Assembly (NCBI GenBank): GCA_977016875.1 | Contig: CDRNST010000096.1 | Coordinates: forward strand, 1,612,001 to 1,676,000 | Length of the DNA stretch: 64,000 nt | Reading direction: 5' to 3' | From: Pavona decussata | Taxonomy: Eukaryota | Part shown: piece by piece, positions 51,132 to 63,195 of the stretch | How the letters are laid out: every line of letters starts with the position of its first letter | Numbering within the stretch: position 1 is the first letter of the stretch | Program-made: the position numbers and the translations under genes | The notes under the pieces: model-generated | The model's database searches: none | Told to the model about the DNA's origin: nothing | What the model saw: only the letters and a program-made list of their open reading frames with translations

Positions 51132-54008
51132 CAGTCGCACCTGTATATAACGGCCACCCTCGGGACTTGAGGAAATGGCCGCTTAATACAGGTGGCCGCT
51201 TAATACAGGATCACTAAAAATACTCACTGGGCGTTGTCTAATGTCAATTTTAATGGTGTATCATACAATAACATTTTATGCAAGGAAACAATAGGACAAT
51301 CAACACTCTTTCAGTGCCAACTTGTAACTTAATGGTATAATATGTGACCTTGCACAAGAAAACGTACTTTAACGCTTATCCGTTAAACGGGCAATGCCGT
51401 TAAGTATCCGTTAATCATCCGTTAAAGAACTTTATCAAAAACGTTAGAGGCGTTAGCGTACCCGTTAAATGTTCACATCAAACCGTTAGAACGGTTAGCG
51501 TAACCGTTAAAGAGAATTTGGTAGCCGTTAGAGCGGCTTAGTAAGCCGTTAGGAAAATCCAGCATCTGTTTAACGGGTAAAGTAGCTGTTAAGAAACTTT
51601 GCATCCGTTAGAACAGATGAAGCGCTCTCCATCCTTAAAGCTATCCGCTAAACGATGTCACAAACAGTTAATATGAATCTTTTTTTAATTCCCAAGTCCT
51701 CTTGCTCTACAATAAGACGTCGAGAAATAACACCCGAAACTATTGTGCGTTTTTTAATTAACTGAGGAAATGCTGTTTTCAAAGTTTTGATTCGAAAGAT
51801 TAAAGTACAATCCAGCATAATTATGTGCAGCGCCATTCTTAGCTTCTTCCATTTTTTCGCTTCTTTCATTGTTTATTACTGGGTTTAGTGGACAGGTATT
51901 CCAGCCATCTGTCAGAGGAAGACACGGTTACAATTTGAAATGAAGAAAACGTGACATTGCCTTTTGAGATTCGATGATCTCGATAATGTTTATGCAAATT
52001 TGTAACGTTACGCCAAAGATGTAAACAAAGTCAGCTCAAAGGCAAGTGAGCGGCCACGTTGAAGTTTCCCCTGTTCCTTGCCGAATTCTACTGTAAACGT
52101 TGTACGTTTTTAAATAAGGAAATGCTTTTTCCGAGGTTTTCATTCGAAAGATTCAAGTACAATCAAGTATAATCTTGCGCAGCATACTGCTTTCGCAGCG
52201 AAGATATTTCAGAAGCGATCGTGTAACATTCCGCGAAAAAGCCGCAATCTTGGGTCATTATCAGGGAGGCCCTGGGTCATTATCTTGTCCACGTGCTGTG
52301 GCGTAAGAGTCGATCAATTGGAAGGCTGCTCTGAATCGAATTTATAAAGCCAAACATGCCAGCACTGCTAATGACTGCTACTTTTTTCAGTAACATTTTG
52401 TAAATAAAGTAGATAATTACAAAACAGCAACGATGTGTTTACTCGTGAGGGACTCGGGCACGTGGAATCGAACATAACGCGCATTTTGAATTTGCATAAA
52501 GTTGTTTATTTACTTTGACAGCTAACAGAAGCGCAACAACCGAGTAACGGACAATCTGTTTTCTTCTTCCTCGCTATAAGAGTTTGAAATAGTTAATACT
52601 AGGTATTCGTAATGTGGTAATTGAAACCAAAAAGTTTTCTCTTGATAGCGCCTGGAATCACAGATACAATTTTTGGTTCAGAAACTGAAGCCAACTGAAG
52701 CATGCGAGGTGTCCTGGGATCCCAGACATTCTATGGGTGCGTGTATAAAACAAGGGGTGCAATGAAATAATTTTCGTTTTCATCATTTTAGTATCCGGGT
52801 AGCTTACCTTGGAAGTCAGATTCTTAGAACACTGAAAAAAATTTTTCTCTTCGAAAAATTCGAATTGGTGAGTCGCGACTCAAGTTCATAAGCTAACTAG
52901 ATCGAACGAGCGACTCGATTATTTCTCGTTTGAGTTTGATCTGTTATTTGGTTAAGAAAAGCCTTTTTTCAGCCTGTCGTGAATTCGATGCTTGGTTTGT
53001 GGGCAGTGTTGGGTTTTGTTTGAGTCGCTTCACTCGTTTCCTTCAATCGTTTCATCTCAAGTTTTCGCTTCTAACTGTAAATCTTTACCGTATTGTTTTC
53101 GCTATCGGCTGCGCCTTTTTCGTCATAACTCCACAGCCGTTAAACGCTTTCAGGTGGCCGTTAAACAAACCGTTTAACGCCTTTACAGCATCCGTTAGAT
53201 ATTTTGCTCAACCGTTTAACGGCTCAAGCTATCCGTTAGAGCAGATTGTGCAACCGTTCAAACGCTTTTGCAATCCGTTAGGCATTGCTTATTATCCGTT
53301 AGAACGTTAGAACAAAACGTTAAAACGCTTTGGAGGCCGTTAACCATCCGTTGGCTATCCGTCCGTTTTTACCCGTGTAACGGATAAGCGTTAAAGTACG
53401 TTTTCCTGTGCAAGGTCACATATACGTAACATTGTGTAAAAGCACTGTGTAATAAATTGTCCTCTACTCTTGTACGGTGTACAGTACTGTATTTCTAACT
53501 CACTTACTTACGTGACTTGCAGTTCACAACAAAATATCTCATTCCATCATTTCATAGTTGTTACGATCGAAGTGGAGTTATAACGGTTATGTTGCTAATT
53601 AAAAGTAACACAATATATAACAAAATTCTTCAAGTTAAAATAGGAATGGGGTAAGAATTACGGTGACTTAAACAAGCGGGACACGTGCATTTGGCACCTC
53701 GGAATTTGAAACTTTTGTTTGTAGAGCAAGTCGTTGACTGTCGGCACTCCCAGCGACAATTCCTGTTATCCATGCCACTGTGCATATGGCTTTTCCATTC
53801 AAGGGTGGCTGCTTAATACAGGTAAAAATAACAAAGAAAGACAAACATGGAACTGCAACAGGGTGGCCGTGGCCGCTTAACAGAGGTGGCCGCCTAATAC
53901 AGGTACCAAATACAGCGTTTGTATGGGGGGGAAATCGGGACTTTAAAAAGTGGCCGCTTAATAGAGGGTGGCCGCTTAATACAGGGCCGTTATATACAGG
54001 TTCGACTG
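51132..54008. mobile_element. Tc1/mariner (pogo-like) MITE inserted in the RING exon
   Basis: 24-bp TIR cagtcg(c/a)acctgtatataacggcc; TA TSD; subterminal ggccgcttaatacagg repeats. Confidence 0.88.
51344..53419 (-). mobile_element. Second Sola1-like non-autonomous element, nested in the mariner MITE and opposite in orientation to 46186-48232
   Basis: TIR gtgaccttgcaca.gaaaacgtactttaacgcttatccgtta; ATAT TSD; CCGTTA arrays. Confidence 0.75.
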
Positions 54009-54281
54009 TATAACACACTCAAAACATACAAGAAATTCTTTAATGAGAGAATTTTGACTGCCCGAAGAATGAAGACATTTGTATTCAGTTCCATGTGGAT
54101 TGCCTTATTCACTGTCTCCTTGATATCTGCCAGGTTGATATCTATGTAGGAAAACAGTAATTGAAGACATTAACACTAATAGTCAAAATTGTTGCTGTAG
54201 GAAGACAGTTTTACAGACCTGAATTTACAGCAGGCTTTGTTGTAGATTTTGAGCCTTTATCATCATCATCATCACCAGACT

Positions 54282-55283
54282 TTCTACTTCTGAACTTGTT
54301 CTCTTCTTTTTATGGAATTCAAAGATCTACAAAGGATTGCCGCCTGGTGCTGTGCGCATAGTCTCTTGATTAACCCGGACAAGACGAAGTTGTTGCTGCT
54401 CGGGACTCCTCAGATGCTGGCTCGCGTACCAGAGGGATTTGCTGTGTCCTTGCTTGGGAAAGGGATATCACCATCCCTTTCTGCCAAAAGTCTGGGTCTT
54501 GTTCTGGATTCACATCTAAGTTTCGATGAACATGTCACTGACTTAGTATCCAAATGCACAGGTAGCTTGTGTCAATTAAATCGTGTCAAGCACTTATTTG
54601 ACAGATCAACACTGATAACAATCATAAGTGCTTTGGTGTTTAGTAAGCTGCTCTACTGTTCGTCTGTGTGGGCGGGTCCGACCAAGAAAAATATCAAAAG
54701 GTTGCAAAAGGTACAGAACTTTGCTGCACGAATCGTAACTGGTACACGTAAATTCGACCATATCACCCCCTATTTGAAAGATCTACGCTGGCTTCCAGTT
54801 GCTATGCAGCTGGAGGTCAGGGACACTATGATGACTTACAAAAGCCTCAACGGCCTCACTTTAAGAAATTTTTTCACGACAATATCGGAGATCTATGAAG
54901 GAAATACTAGAAATAAGGACAAACTGCATGTACCTCTCTACAGAACAACTACAGCACAGTGATCATTTAAATACAGGAGTACTTCTCTGTGGAATAGTCT
55001 ACCTAGGGAGATTCGAGATATTAGCTCTTTAGACTTTTAAAAAACAAATCATGAATCAGGCTTTTTATAAATTCTTAGAAAATAATTAGTGATTGCAATG
55101 AAATCTTATGATGTTGTTTTTTAACTCGTTGGTAGTTCTGATGATGTGTAACATACGCATTATCCTTTATTTAGATATCTTCTCATAGTATTTATATTGT
55201 ATTTGGTTTCTTTTATATATCTCATCGTAGTTGGTTTCTGAAAAAACCATTAGTGGATGGAATCAATAAAGTTGTATTGTATT
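54282..55283 (+). mobile_element. 5'-truncated L2/Crack LINE
   Basis: WCCAHSLLINPDKTK..LGLVLDSHLSFDEH..LQKVQNFAARIVTG..LRWLPV; AATAAA and (TTGTA)n tail; short GACT flanking repeat. Confidence 0.9.
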
Positions 55284-57172
55284 GACTGGTGGAACAGGTC
55301 CTTAGATAAAACAAACAGGATAACAAAAAGTTACAAAGTAAGGTCCATAATTAGCTTGTTTTAGTCTTGGCTAAGGAAAGTCTAATATTTGTTTATTATT
55401 TTTGCGAAAAAATAAATGAAGTAAGAATCATAATTTTGGTTGGTAAATTATAGTTATAATTATGAATTCAACATTTCCAGTCTTCTGTTCAGACAAAGTT
55501 TCTTATTGATAATGCAGCATGAGAAAAAATACATCAACTGTTACCTCTTGTGACATCAGCATCCTCCACTGGTAAAGCGTTTGCAGTTACTAAGATTAGA
55601 TTGCTGTCTCCAAAGTCCTCTCTCATCTGTGCTGTTATGTATTCAACTGTTGCTGTGCTTTCATTGAGTGCAATGTAAGATTGTGTGGTAGCATTTACGA
55701 TCTTGTTACCACTCCTCTCTGCCAGGGTTACTTTAAGTGAATAGGTGGATGCCTTTTTCCCACTTGTTAATACTGACCTGCAGTAGTTATTGAGAACTTC
55801 TATCATGATTATGGTAAAGTAAAACTTTTTGTATTAGACAAACACATATAATCTTGTCATATAGACTGCTCTCTACCTTTTATAAACAAATCAATGTTTA
55901 GCCACGGAAAAAAGGGAAGGGCGGGCATATCCTGCGGATTTGACAAGGACAGGCGGGATGGGGATATTTGTGAAGTCCCAGGCATCCAGACCATTACATA
56001 CAAATATGCATACTTACTATACATACAAGCTTTATTGAAGCTCCCAAATTGGGTTTTTCAGCTACAATATACACGAAAAATACTGATGGAGAAACTAAAA
56101 AAAATACAAATTGAAATACTACAATATACCATTAGTTGTCTGGACTCTAACTGGTAACCAGCCACCTTCATGAAAAAGGTAAGAAATCTGAAATTGGCTT
56201 ATTGGGACATTACTGCATTGTGCTATGTTCTCAACAACTTGATTGACTTTGTTACCATATTATTTTTGTGTCCGGAATTTAAAAGTAAACAACCTAAAGG
56301 TACCAACCTAAACAGAGGCGAGTAATTTGGTCCCCTGCGGTTTACTTGTGATGTACCGGCGGCGGGTGAAGTGAGAAACGCATTCGATCGGCGCCGTCCT
56401 TCTACCGAAGAGAGGAATCCCTTCCAAAATCTGACAAATCAAAGCGCCCATCTCAGTTTGGACACTCTGTAGCGCCAGAAAACTCCTCAACAAGATGGAT
56501 TCCAACCGCATCAAGCTGCAGAAATTATGCAGAATTTCAACGATTCATCCTAAACCAAGGACAAGCTTTCAACACCGGATTTCGACTTGATTTGACTTTT
56601 CGATATTTCCTGAAACATATAGCTGAGCCTCTCAGCCGTTATTTGTGGTCTCTTTAGTCGCCTGTGGCTTCTATTTTCTCGTTCACCATGAAAAAACTGA
56701 AGAAGGTCCTCATCAGCCATGTTTTACCTCAGCAGACTATGCCGAATAACAAAAGCACGTGAACGTATTCCATGTGATTGGTCTTTGTTCGTTTCAGGCT
56801 TTATTGGACTTAAATGTACCGAAAGTAAGATACACCCGAAAAATTGAAATGTGGAAATTGGTATCCGAATTTCAATTTCCATTTTCCGTGAAAATTGGTA
56901 ATAAATTTTAATTTTTGTTGTTCTGGTAGATAGAAAATTGAAATTTGATGTTTAATTTTCAATATTTGTTTTCTTGGAAATTGAAACTCGAAAATCGAAG
57001 TTTAAATTTCGTTTTCTAAATTGTCGAAAAACGGTTGGCACTCAAGTACACGCATTGTTGATGTCGATTGAAAACTGAAGATGACTTCAATACGCCATAA
57101 GTTTGAGAAAAAGCTTTCCTCGGATATCCCTTATTTCATATACATCGTATTATTTATAGGCGTGATCATGGA

Positions 57173-57927
57173 TGCGAAACTGTAAAGCCATTGTTTGGAC
57201 ATTTTAGCGACTGACAACTTTCGTTTGAGACGCTGTTTGGTTGACGTCATTGGTTGATGGCTTAGAATCCACTCAGTTGCCACAGGCAGATTACATGCTT
57301 AGAAGTCTTCAATTCTTATGCAGAGTATTTTGAACGATTGAAAAGTTACGTGTCGGATCATTTTCCTTGATGTGATGGCTCAAATGTGGATTCGTCTCGT
57401 GTCAGCTTTAACAATGTCCAAAATCGATAATAAACTTTAACAGAGGTCTGGATCTCTACAGAAAACGAAAGCTATCAGCAATTCCTGAAACTGACGGAAT
57501 GTTTACAGGTTTGTTCTGAGTTTGCATCAACTTAAAGCCTCTAAATGCGAAACTGCGAAACTGTAAAGCGATTGTTTGGACATTTTAGCGACTGACAACT
57601 TTCGTTTGAGACGCTGTTTGGTTGACGTCATTGGTTGATGGCTTAGAATCCACTCAGTTGCCACAGGCGGATTACATGCTTAGAAGTCTTCAATTCTTAT
57701 GCAGAGTATTTTGAACGATTGAAAAGTTACGTGTCGGATCATTTTCCTTGATGTGATGGCTCAAATGTGGATTCGTCTCGTGTCAGCTTTAACAATGTCC
57801 AAAATCGATAATAAACTTTAACAGAGGTCTGGATCTCTACAGAAAACGAAAGCTATCAGCAATTCCTGAAACTGACGGAATGTTTACAGGTTTGTTCTGA
57901 GTTTGCATCAACTTAAAGCCTCTAAAT
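57173..57927. repeat. Recent 374-bp tandem duplication (period 381)
   Basis: 57173-57546 vs 57554-57927, about two substitutions seen; 7-bp gcgaaac spacer. Confidence 0.95.
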
Positions 57928-59961
57928 AATCATGCGTGACTTGAGAGTTCAGATGAAGAAATCGCCTACCAGTATTTACAAGAGATGATTGATGTCATGA
58001 AACTGGAATCAAAGAACTCGAAGGTCATGGTTCTTCATCGAAAACAGAAGAAACATTTTACAGTTGCCACAGGTTAGTAATTACATTTTTTTGAAGTTTA
58101 TTTGTTGTTGTTTTCGAATATTAATGCCCTGACATCCTAGTGGACCCATGAGTGCTGACAATTCAAAGTTATTTGCCTTGTTTATATATACTGTGAGAGA
58201 TTTTCCTGATGCAAATTATAAAAGCAATTGTTTTGGTGTTGACTACGTCTGTTTGACCTGAAAATTATATTAATTTAATTGTAATCTTTACGGGGATTTT
58301 TCCTTTAACAGTCTTTGATCGAATGTTCGGAAATCATCATCATATGTGGTTTGTCTACATGTTCCACGGTATGCCGCCAGCTTATATGAGCATAATTTAC
58401 GCGGGAATTTTGGTGGGTGATCATGAGCGGCGGCGGCTGCACTTGTTTTTCACTTGACTGGTCATTGTCCCGTTTTGTTTTGTTTAATTGTTATTGTGCA
58501 GCAATGCCAAAGCAGTTCATAAAAATTTAGATTGAATTATTTCTTTCATCAGAATCTTGTTAACAAGTTGTCAATTGTTATTATTTTGTGAAGATTCAAT
58601 TAGGCCGTACGGCGGAAGCTGAAATTGAAAAAACCAGCCGGAGTTGTCTTTCCGGAACATGAAGAAAAAAGGTAAACTGCATTTTTACAAACCAATATTG
58701 GAAAAATAATTGGTTACTATCATTGGAAAATTTTACCATAGAACACCAGAAGAAGAGGCCAGACAGCTGGCAGAAGAAACGAGAAGAGAGGAACTGAGGG
58801 AGAGATTAGAGAAGGAGAGGCTAAAGAAATTAAAGAAGAAGAAGAAGAAGAAAATCAATTTGTAAAATTTTGTTGTTGATTTCTTTATTTTTTTTCAACA
58901 GTTTGTTTGCAAAATAAACAGATTAAATCCAAAATGGGATCATCGATTTGTCAAGTGTATTATTTAACTAAGAAGACATTGTATGTACATTCCATGATCC
59001 TTTTATAGGTTCACACTCTGTGAGTGCACATTAATATGAGTCACAACACTGAATTCAAATACCTGTGGCAGAGTTTTTAACAGTACACTCCAAATTTGTT
59101 TTTGATCACAGTTCTTCTGAACCGTTCATTCTGATATATTTTCACCTCTTCTGTTACCAAACTAGCCAGCATCACAATTTTTACCTTATTTTGGAGATCG
59201 TGAAATGGGGTAGATCATTTAGACTTACTCTTGAATATTTTTTTAGGTGTCATTGTTTCAAGATTACTACAGAATTATGTTATCGAGTGATTTGAGTCTG
59301 CTTTAGCGCCTATAGATTAGTTTCTTGATTCAGTATACTTCTCATTGCAAAATTCCGAGGATAAAAACATAGGCTATATTTTCAATTCATGGCATGGTCT
59401 GGAATTTAATATTCGCCTACCTATTTTGTGAGGATGAAAACTAATTATTTACCTACCCTCAGGGCTTTTTAGAAGGCCATTCAACCAATTAACAAATGTG
59501 CCCGTTTGCTGGCTGTTGGGATACTTTGGAATTACCAAGTTTTGTTTGTCACGTCTGACCCTTGTCTGGGGATATTTTACACAGTGGCGCAGAGACGTGA
59601 GCTTTATTTTCTATTGATAACAGCTACCGGCGTAGCTGTGTTCGTTCGTAGGATATTGATTGTAACACGAACAAATCCCTTTTCGTGTCTTTATGCCATT
59701 GTGTTCTGATGACATTCTGATGTCAGTAACATGAATAATTCAATGATTGTATGATATTTAATTAGCAACAATCCTGACCATTTTCCATTCACTGGAGTGA
59801 TTATATCAATGAAATTTCCCTTGTGTTTTATAGTTGTGAACCAAACTTGCATATATTATGCTTAACTTACATCTGAGTGGTGCCATTAATCACACAGTTT
59901 GCTTCATCTGCACACAAAAATGGCATCATTGCCCAGCATATACATAAAGCATATTTATTTA

Positions 59962-60614
59962 AGCCTGGTTCACACTTGCGACATAATGGCATAAACATAA
60001 CGACATAAGAAGGATGTTATGTCGTTATGTTAGCAGTGTGAACATGTAAACATAATGACATATTGGCAACATAACGACATCGACATAACGACATAAGGAA
60101 AAAACTGATCTTTTCTTTATGTCGTTATGTTGTTATGTTGCTGTCAAACAAGTGTGAACAACTTCGACATAAGGACACAACAAACCACCAATAAGAGAGC
60201 GTCAAAAATTGTCGAGCCCAGTTCGCCACCAGTACTCTTTCAATATGGCGGCTACTGCGGAGTTGGAAGATATGACGGAGCAACCCTGGTGCGGCTCATG
60301 TAGATGAAGAAGAACTTGCTGAAACGGTTCAAACTTATCCAATATTGTATGATAAAAGTCGTGTAGATGCTCTTCTGGCTTCTTTCTGGAATACTGGACG
60401 CACCCACTCTTTTCTTTTAGCAATTTTTTCCCTTTGTTGTCGTCGACGACGCTTTTGTCGAAGAAACAAATTACATCATCTCAAAGGCAACAAGTGTTTG
60501 TTCTGCCATTTTTAAAGTATTCTTTCACCTAACCTTGTCTTGATGTCAGTGTTCACATTACCGACATAAGTGATTATGTCGTTATGTCATTATGTCGCAA
60601 TTGTGAACCAGGCT
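59962..60614. mobile_element. Non-autonomous Harbinger element with stubs of both genes
   Basis: TIR agcctggttcaca.ttgcgacataatg; TTA TSD; GACATAA subterminal repeats; + strand MADF-like start DEEELAETVQTYPILYDKS; - strand WVRPVFQ transposase N-terminus. Confidence 0.85.
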
Positions 60615-62153
60615 TTATAGTATACGTAATAACTTATATAAATACTTAAACTACAATACTCTTCAACCAATATGTTGAGAACGTTCATTAATATAATGAC
60701 TCTTGATCTAGATATGTACAACCAAGCACTAAAAACATTCTTGACCGACTCGATTGTATACTATTTTTAACAAGTAATAAAAACATTCTGCAATTTTTTT
60801 GTTACTTTGGAAAATTATCCAGTAATTTGCCATGTTGATATGTTGTTTTGTACAAGTTTCATCACATGACAGTGAATAGAGTTGCTTGTAAATAAATAAT
60901 ACATAACAGTCAATCACTCATCTAATTCATGGTAAAAATGACTATCATGGTATACTAAAATGTAAATTTATTTCCAGGCAGTTTCTTCAAGAATGGTTGT
61001 TTTATTCATCAACTTGGCTGCTGACATTTAGTCATATGAGGTAAGATTTTCGTATTTCATAGTCTCATGGTACAGTAGCTTACTGCATGAGTCCTAGTGT
61101 CTACGAAATAGAAAAATGGTCCTAAAAGTTAACCAACATTTTGAATGAACTTTATCTCTATACAAAGTTCTTTGAAATTAACGAGTGAAAATGTTGATAC
61201 CTAAAAATTGTCACTTTCAGCAAACAGACCTACTAAATGGTGGCACAGGTTGCCAAACTAAACAGACCATAGTTAACTTAAGTTCTACTTGCAGCTTTCT
61301 TACGAAAACTATATATTGATAAGTTTAATCAGGTTAATTAAAATGAAAAATCTGAAGACATTCTTTTGAGCAAAGCTAGATTTTTAACATTGATGCGATG
61401 TACTGCCCCAGGATTGTTAAATTCATATCTGATAAAAAACCACGAGACACAAATATTATTAACTTGAAGAAAATTTAAGATATCACCCGCAGATTACCTC
61501 TAGCAGCGAGTGTGAATTTGCATTCCTGTCAAATATAGCCAATTAAACTACAATACGGCTAAAAACATTCTAGATTTTCCGGACATTTTCAGTAACCAGA
61601 GCAAGAAGACTTAAACAAATCATAAATGTTGTTTACAACTTGTGCCATTTAAATTGCATTACTGTATGATGTCATACACGCTAAGCCTCATGGAGACTGG
61701 CCTAGTTTAGTAAAAATAGTGGGAATTAAAGCCAATGGGAAGTAGAAACATGATCGATATGATAAAAACAGTGTCTCTCACAGTCTCCGGTGTGCCTTAG
61801 TTAATTCAAAACGTCCAAAATGTACGACTGAAAGCAGCTGTAAAATGTAAACTTTCAACCATCATTTCACTTTAGACGTTCTTTCTGTGTGTAGCGTCCT
61901 TCTAAAACATTCCTTCACTGATTCAAACCATTTGCACATAAATAGCTTCAAAAAGGGAAAGAGTCAGATTCTCAAACTTTCAAGAAATGCAATTATATTC
62001 CAGTTGTGGAAGGACCTGAAACACCTGAGCCATCTCCTAAGCTGGTCACAGTCATACGTTTTAGGTGTACATTTTAAATTAACTGGCGCACAAGAGAATT
62101 TCTTCTTCTGTGACATCGCACTTAATTTGGAATGCTGATCACCTCAAACAAAC

Positions 62154-62945
62154 TTATTCTTCAACAGGGGTGATAATTGCTGATCTTCCTTTCCTTTGTT
62201 GAAGCTGCCTGAAGTTTGTGAGGGTTGGATTGCTCTGTGGCCACTGGCCTTTGGTCACCAGTACCAGCCTGTTGCACACATTCTGGGTAGTGGCATACAC
62301 ACCGTCAAGTTTGTTTACTACTGGATGAATGCTTTCAGAGCAATGCTCTGCTTCCATGCCGATGGTTCCCTTTAGGACTGCTTTTTCCGGGACATGGAAG
62401 GTCAACACATGGAACTTTCGAAGAAGGCTTGCATCAGGAAAATTCAATGGGAACCAAGACCCAAAACTGGCACACCATACTGAAAGAAAAGCAACTTCAT
62501 GACAGCAGAGAGGAGAGCTTCTTGAGTACAGGTTAAAGCACATAGATAACTTGAATAACAATGTTGAGATTTTGTTCATTGTCTTGGAGTGACTGTAGAC
62601 TTGTGTGTCCCCACTGCATAAATTGACTTTCAGTGGCTTGAAGACTTTTACTATTTTCTTAATTTTTTGTGTTCTCAAAATTTTTGCCACATCATTGCCC
62701 ACCAAAGCACCTTTGTGATAAACTTGTCGTTTCAAATTCATCTCTTCCAATGTGGAATCAAGTCTCTTTTGAAAGGGACCTTTCAGATGACTTATCCTTT
62801 CATTGACCTTCTGCAGCCGATCTTTGGACTTTCTCAAATTTTGTTGGTATTGCTTCGCTTGTTTCTGTTGTTGATCCCTTTGTTTCGTCAGTTCTGTTGC
62901 CTTCTCTCTTGCTCTCACAGCCTTTTTTGTGTGAACTTGAAACCT
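62154..62945 (-). pseudogene. Last exon of a Chapaev/Transib/RAG1-like transposase
   Basis: LKRQVYHKGALVGNDVAKIL..KFHVLTFHVPE..GTIGMEAEHCSESIH; 254-aa open frame with an AG acceptor near 62945; upstream exons not identified. Confidence 0.65.
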
Positions 62946-63195
62946 GTAACATTAGAATAGTCTTATGTCACTAACATTTTAGTATTTTGTTGTTTCTTCC
63001 CACCTTTTTAATTTGCACTGAATTATGAATAACTAGAAAAGTGAATTTTCTGTAAAAGTTCATGTAAGCCTTTTTATTTTAATGTGAAATATTTGTGCGG
63101 ACCAAAACTGGGGTTAATCGTTTTAAGGTGCACACTGGAATTCAAACAGTATTAAAACATAAGAATATCAAAGTCCATGTTTTAATAGCCGTTAA

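Larger units (their letters stand above)
50930..56721 (-). pseudogene. Second gene of the IS3EU-like element: spliced protein with a C-terminal RING-type zinc finger
   Basis: Start near 56721 (MADEDLLQFF); exon ~55543-55778; removing the MITE joins FECVI-GKDTITPPVVVSSCCESVLGCQ*CVNTW..ACLKCR. Confidence 0.6.
45482..57056. mobile_element. 11.6-kb IS3EU-like DNA transposon with two convergent genes
   Basis: ~250-bp TIRs (45482-45730 and ~56807-57056, starting aatgcgtgtacttgagtgc); perfect 6-bp TSD GTTGAT (45476-81, 57057-62). Confidence 0.88.

Noticed and set aside
58340-58865. Small spliced gene with a Lys/Glu-rich tail
   Set aside because: Exon-like pieces but no start, domain or continuous frame could be supported
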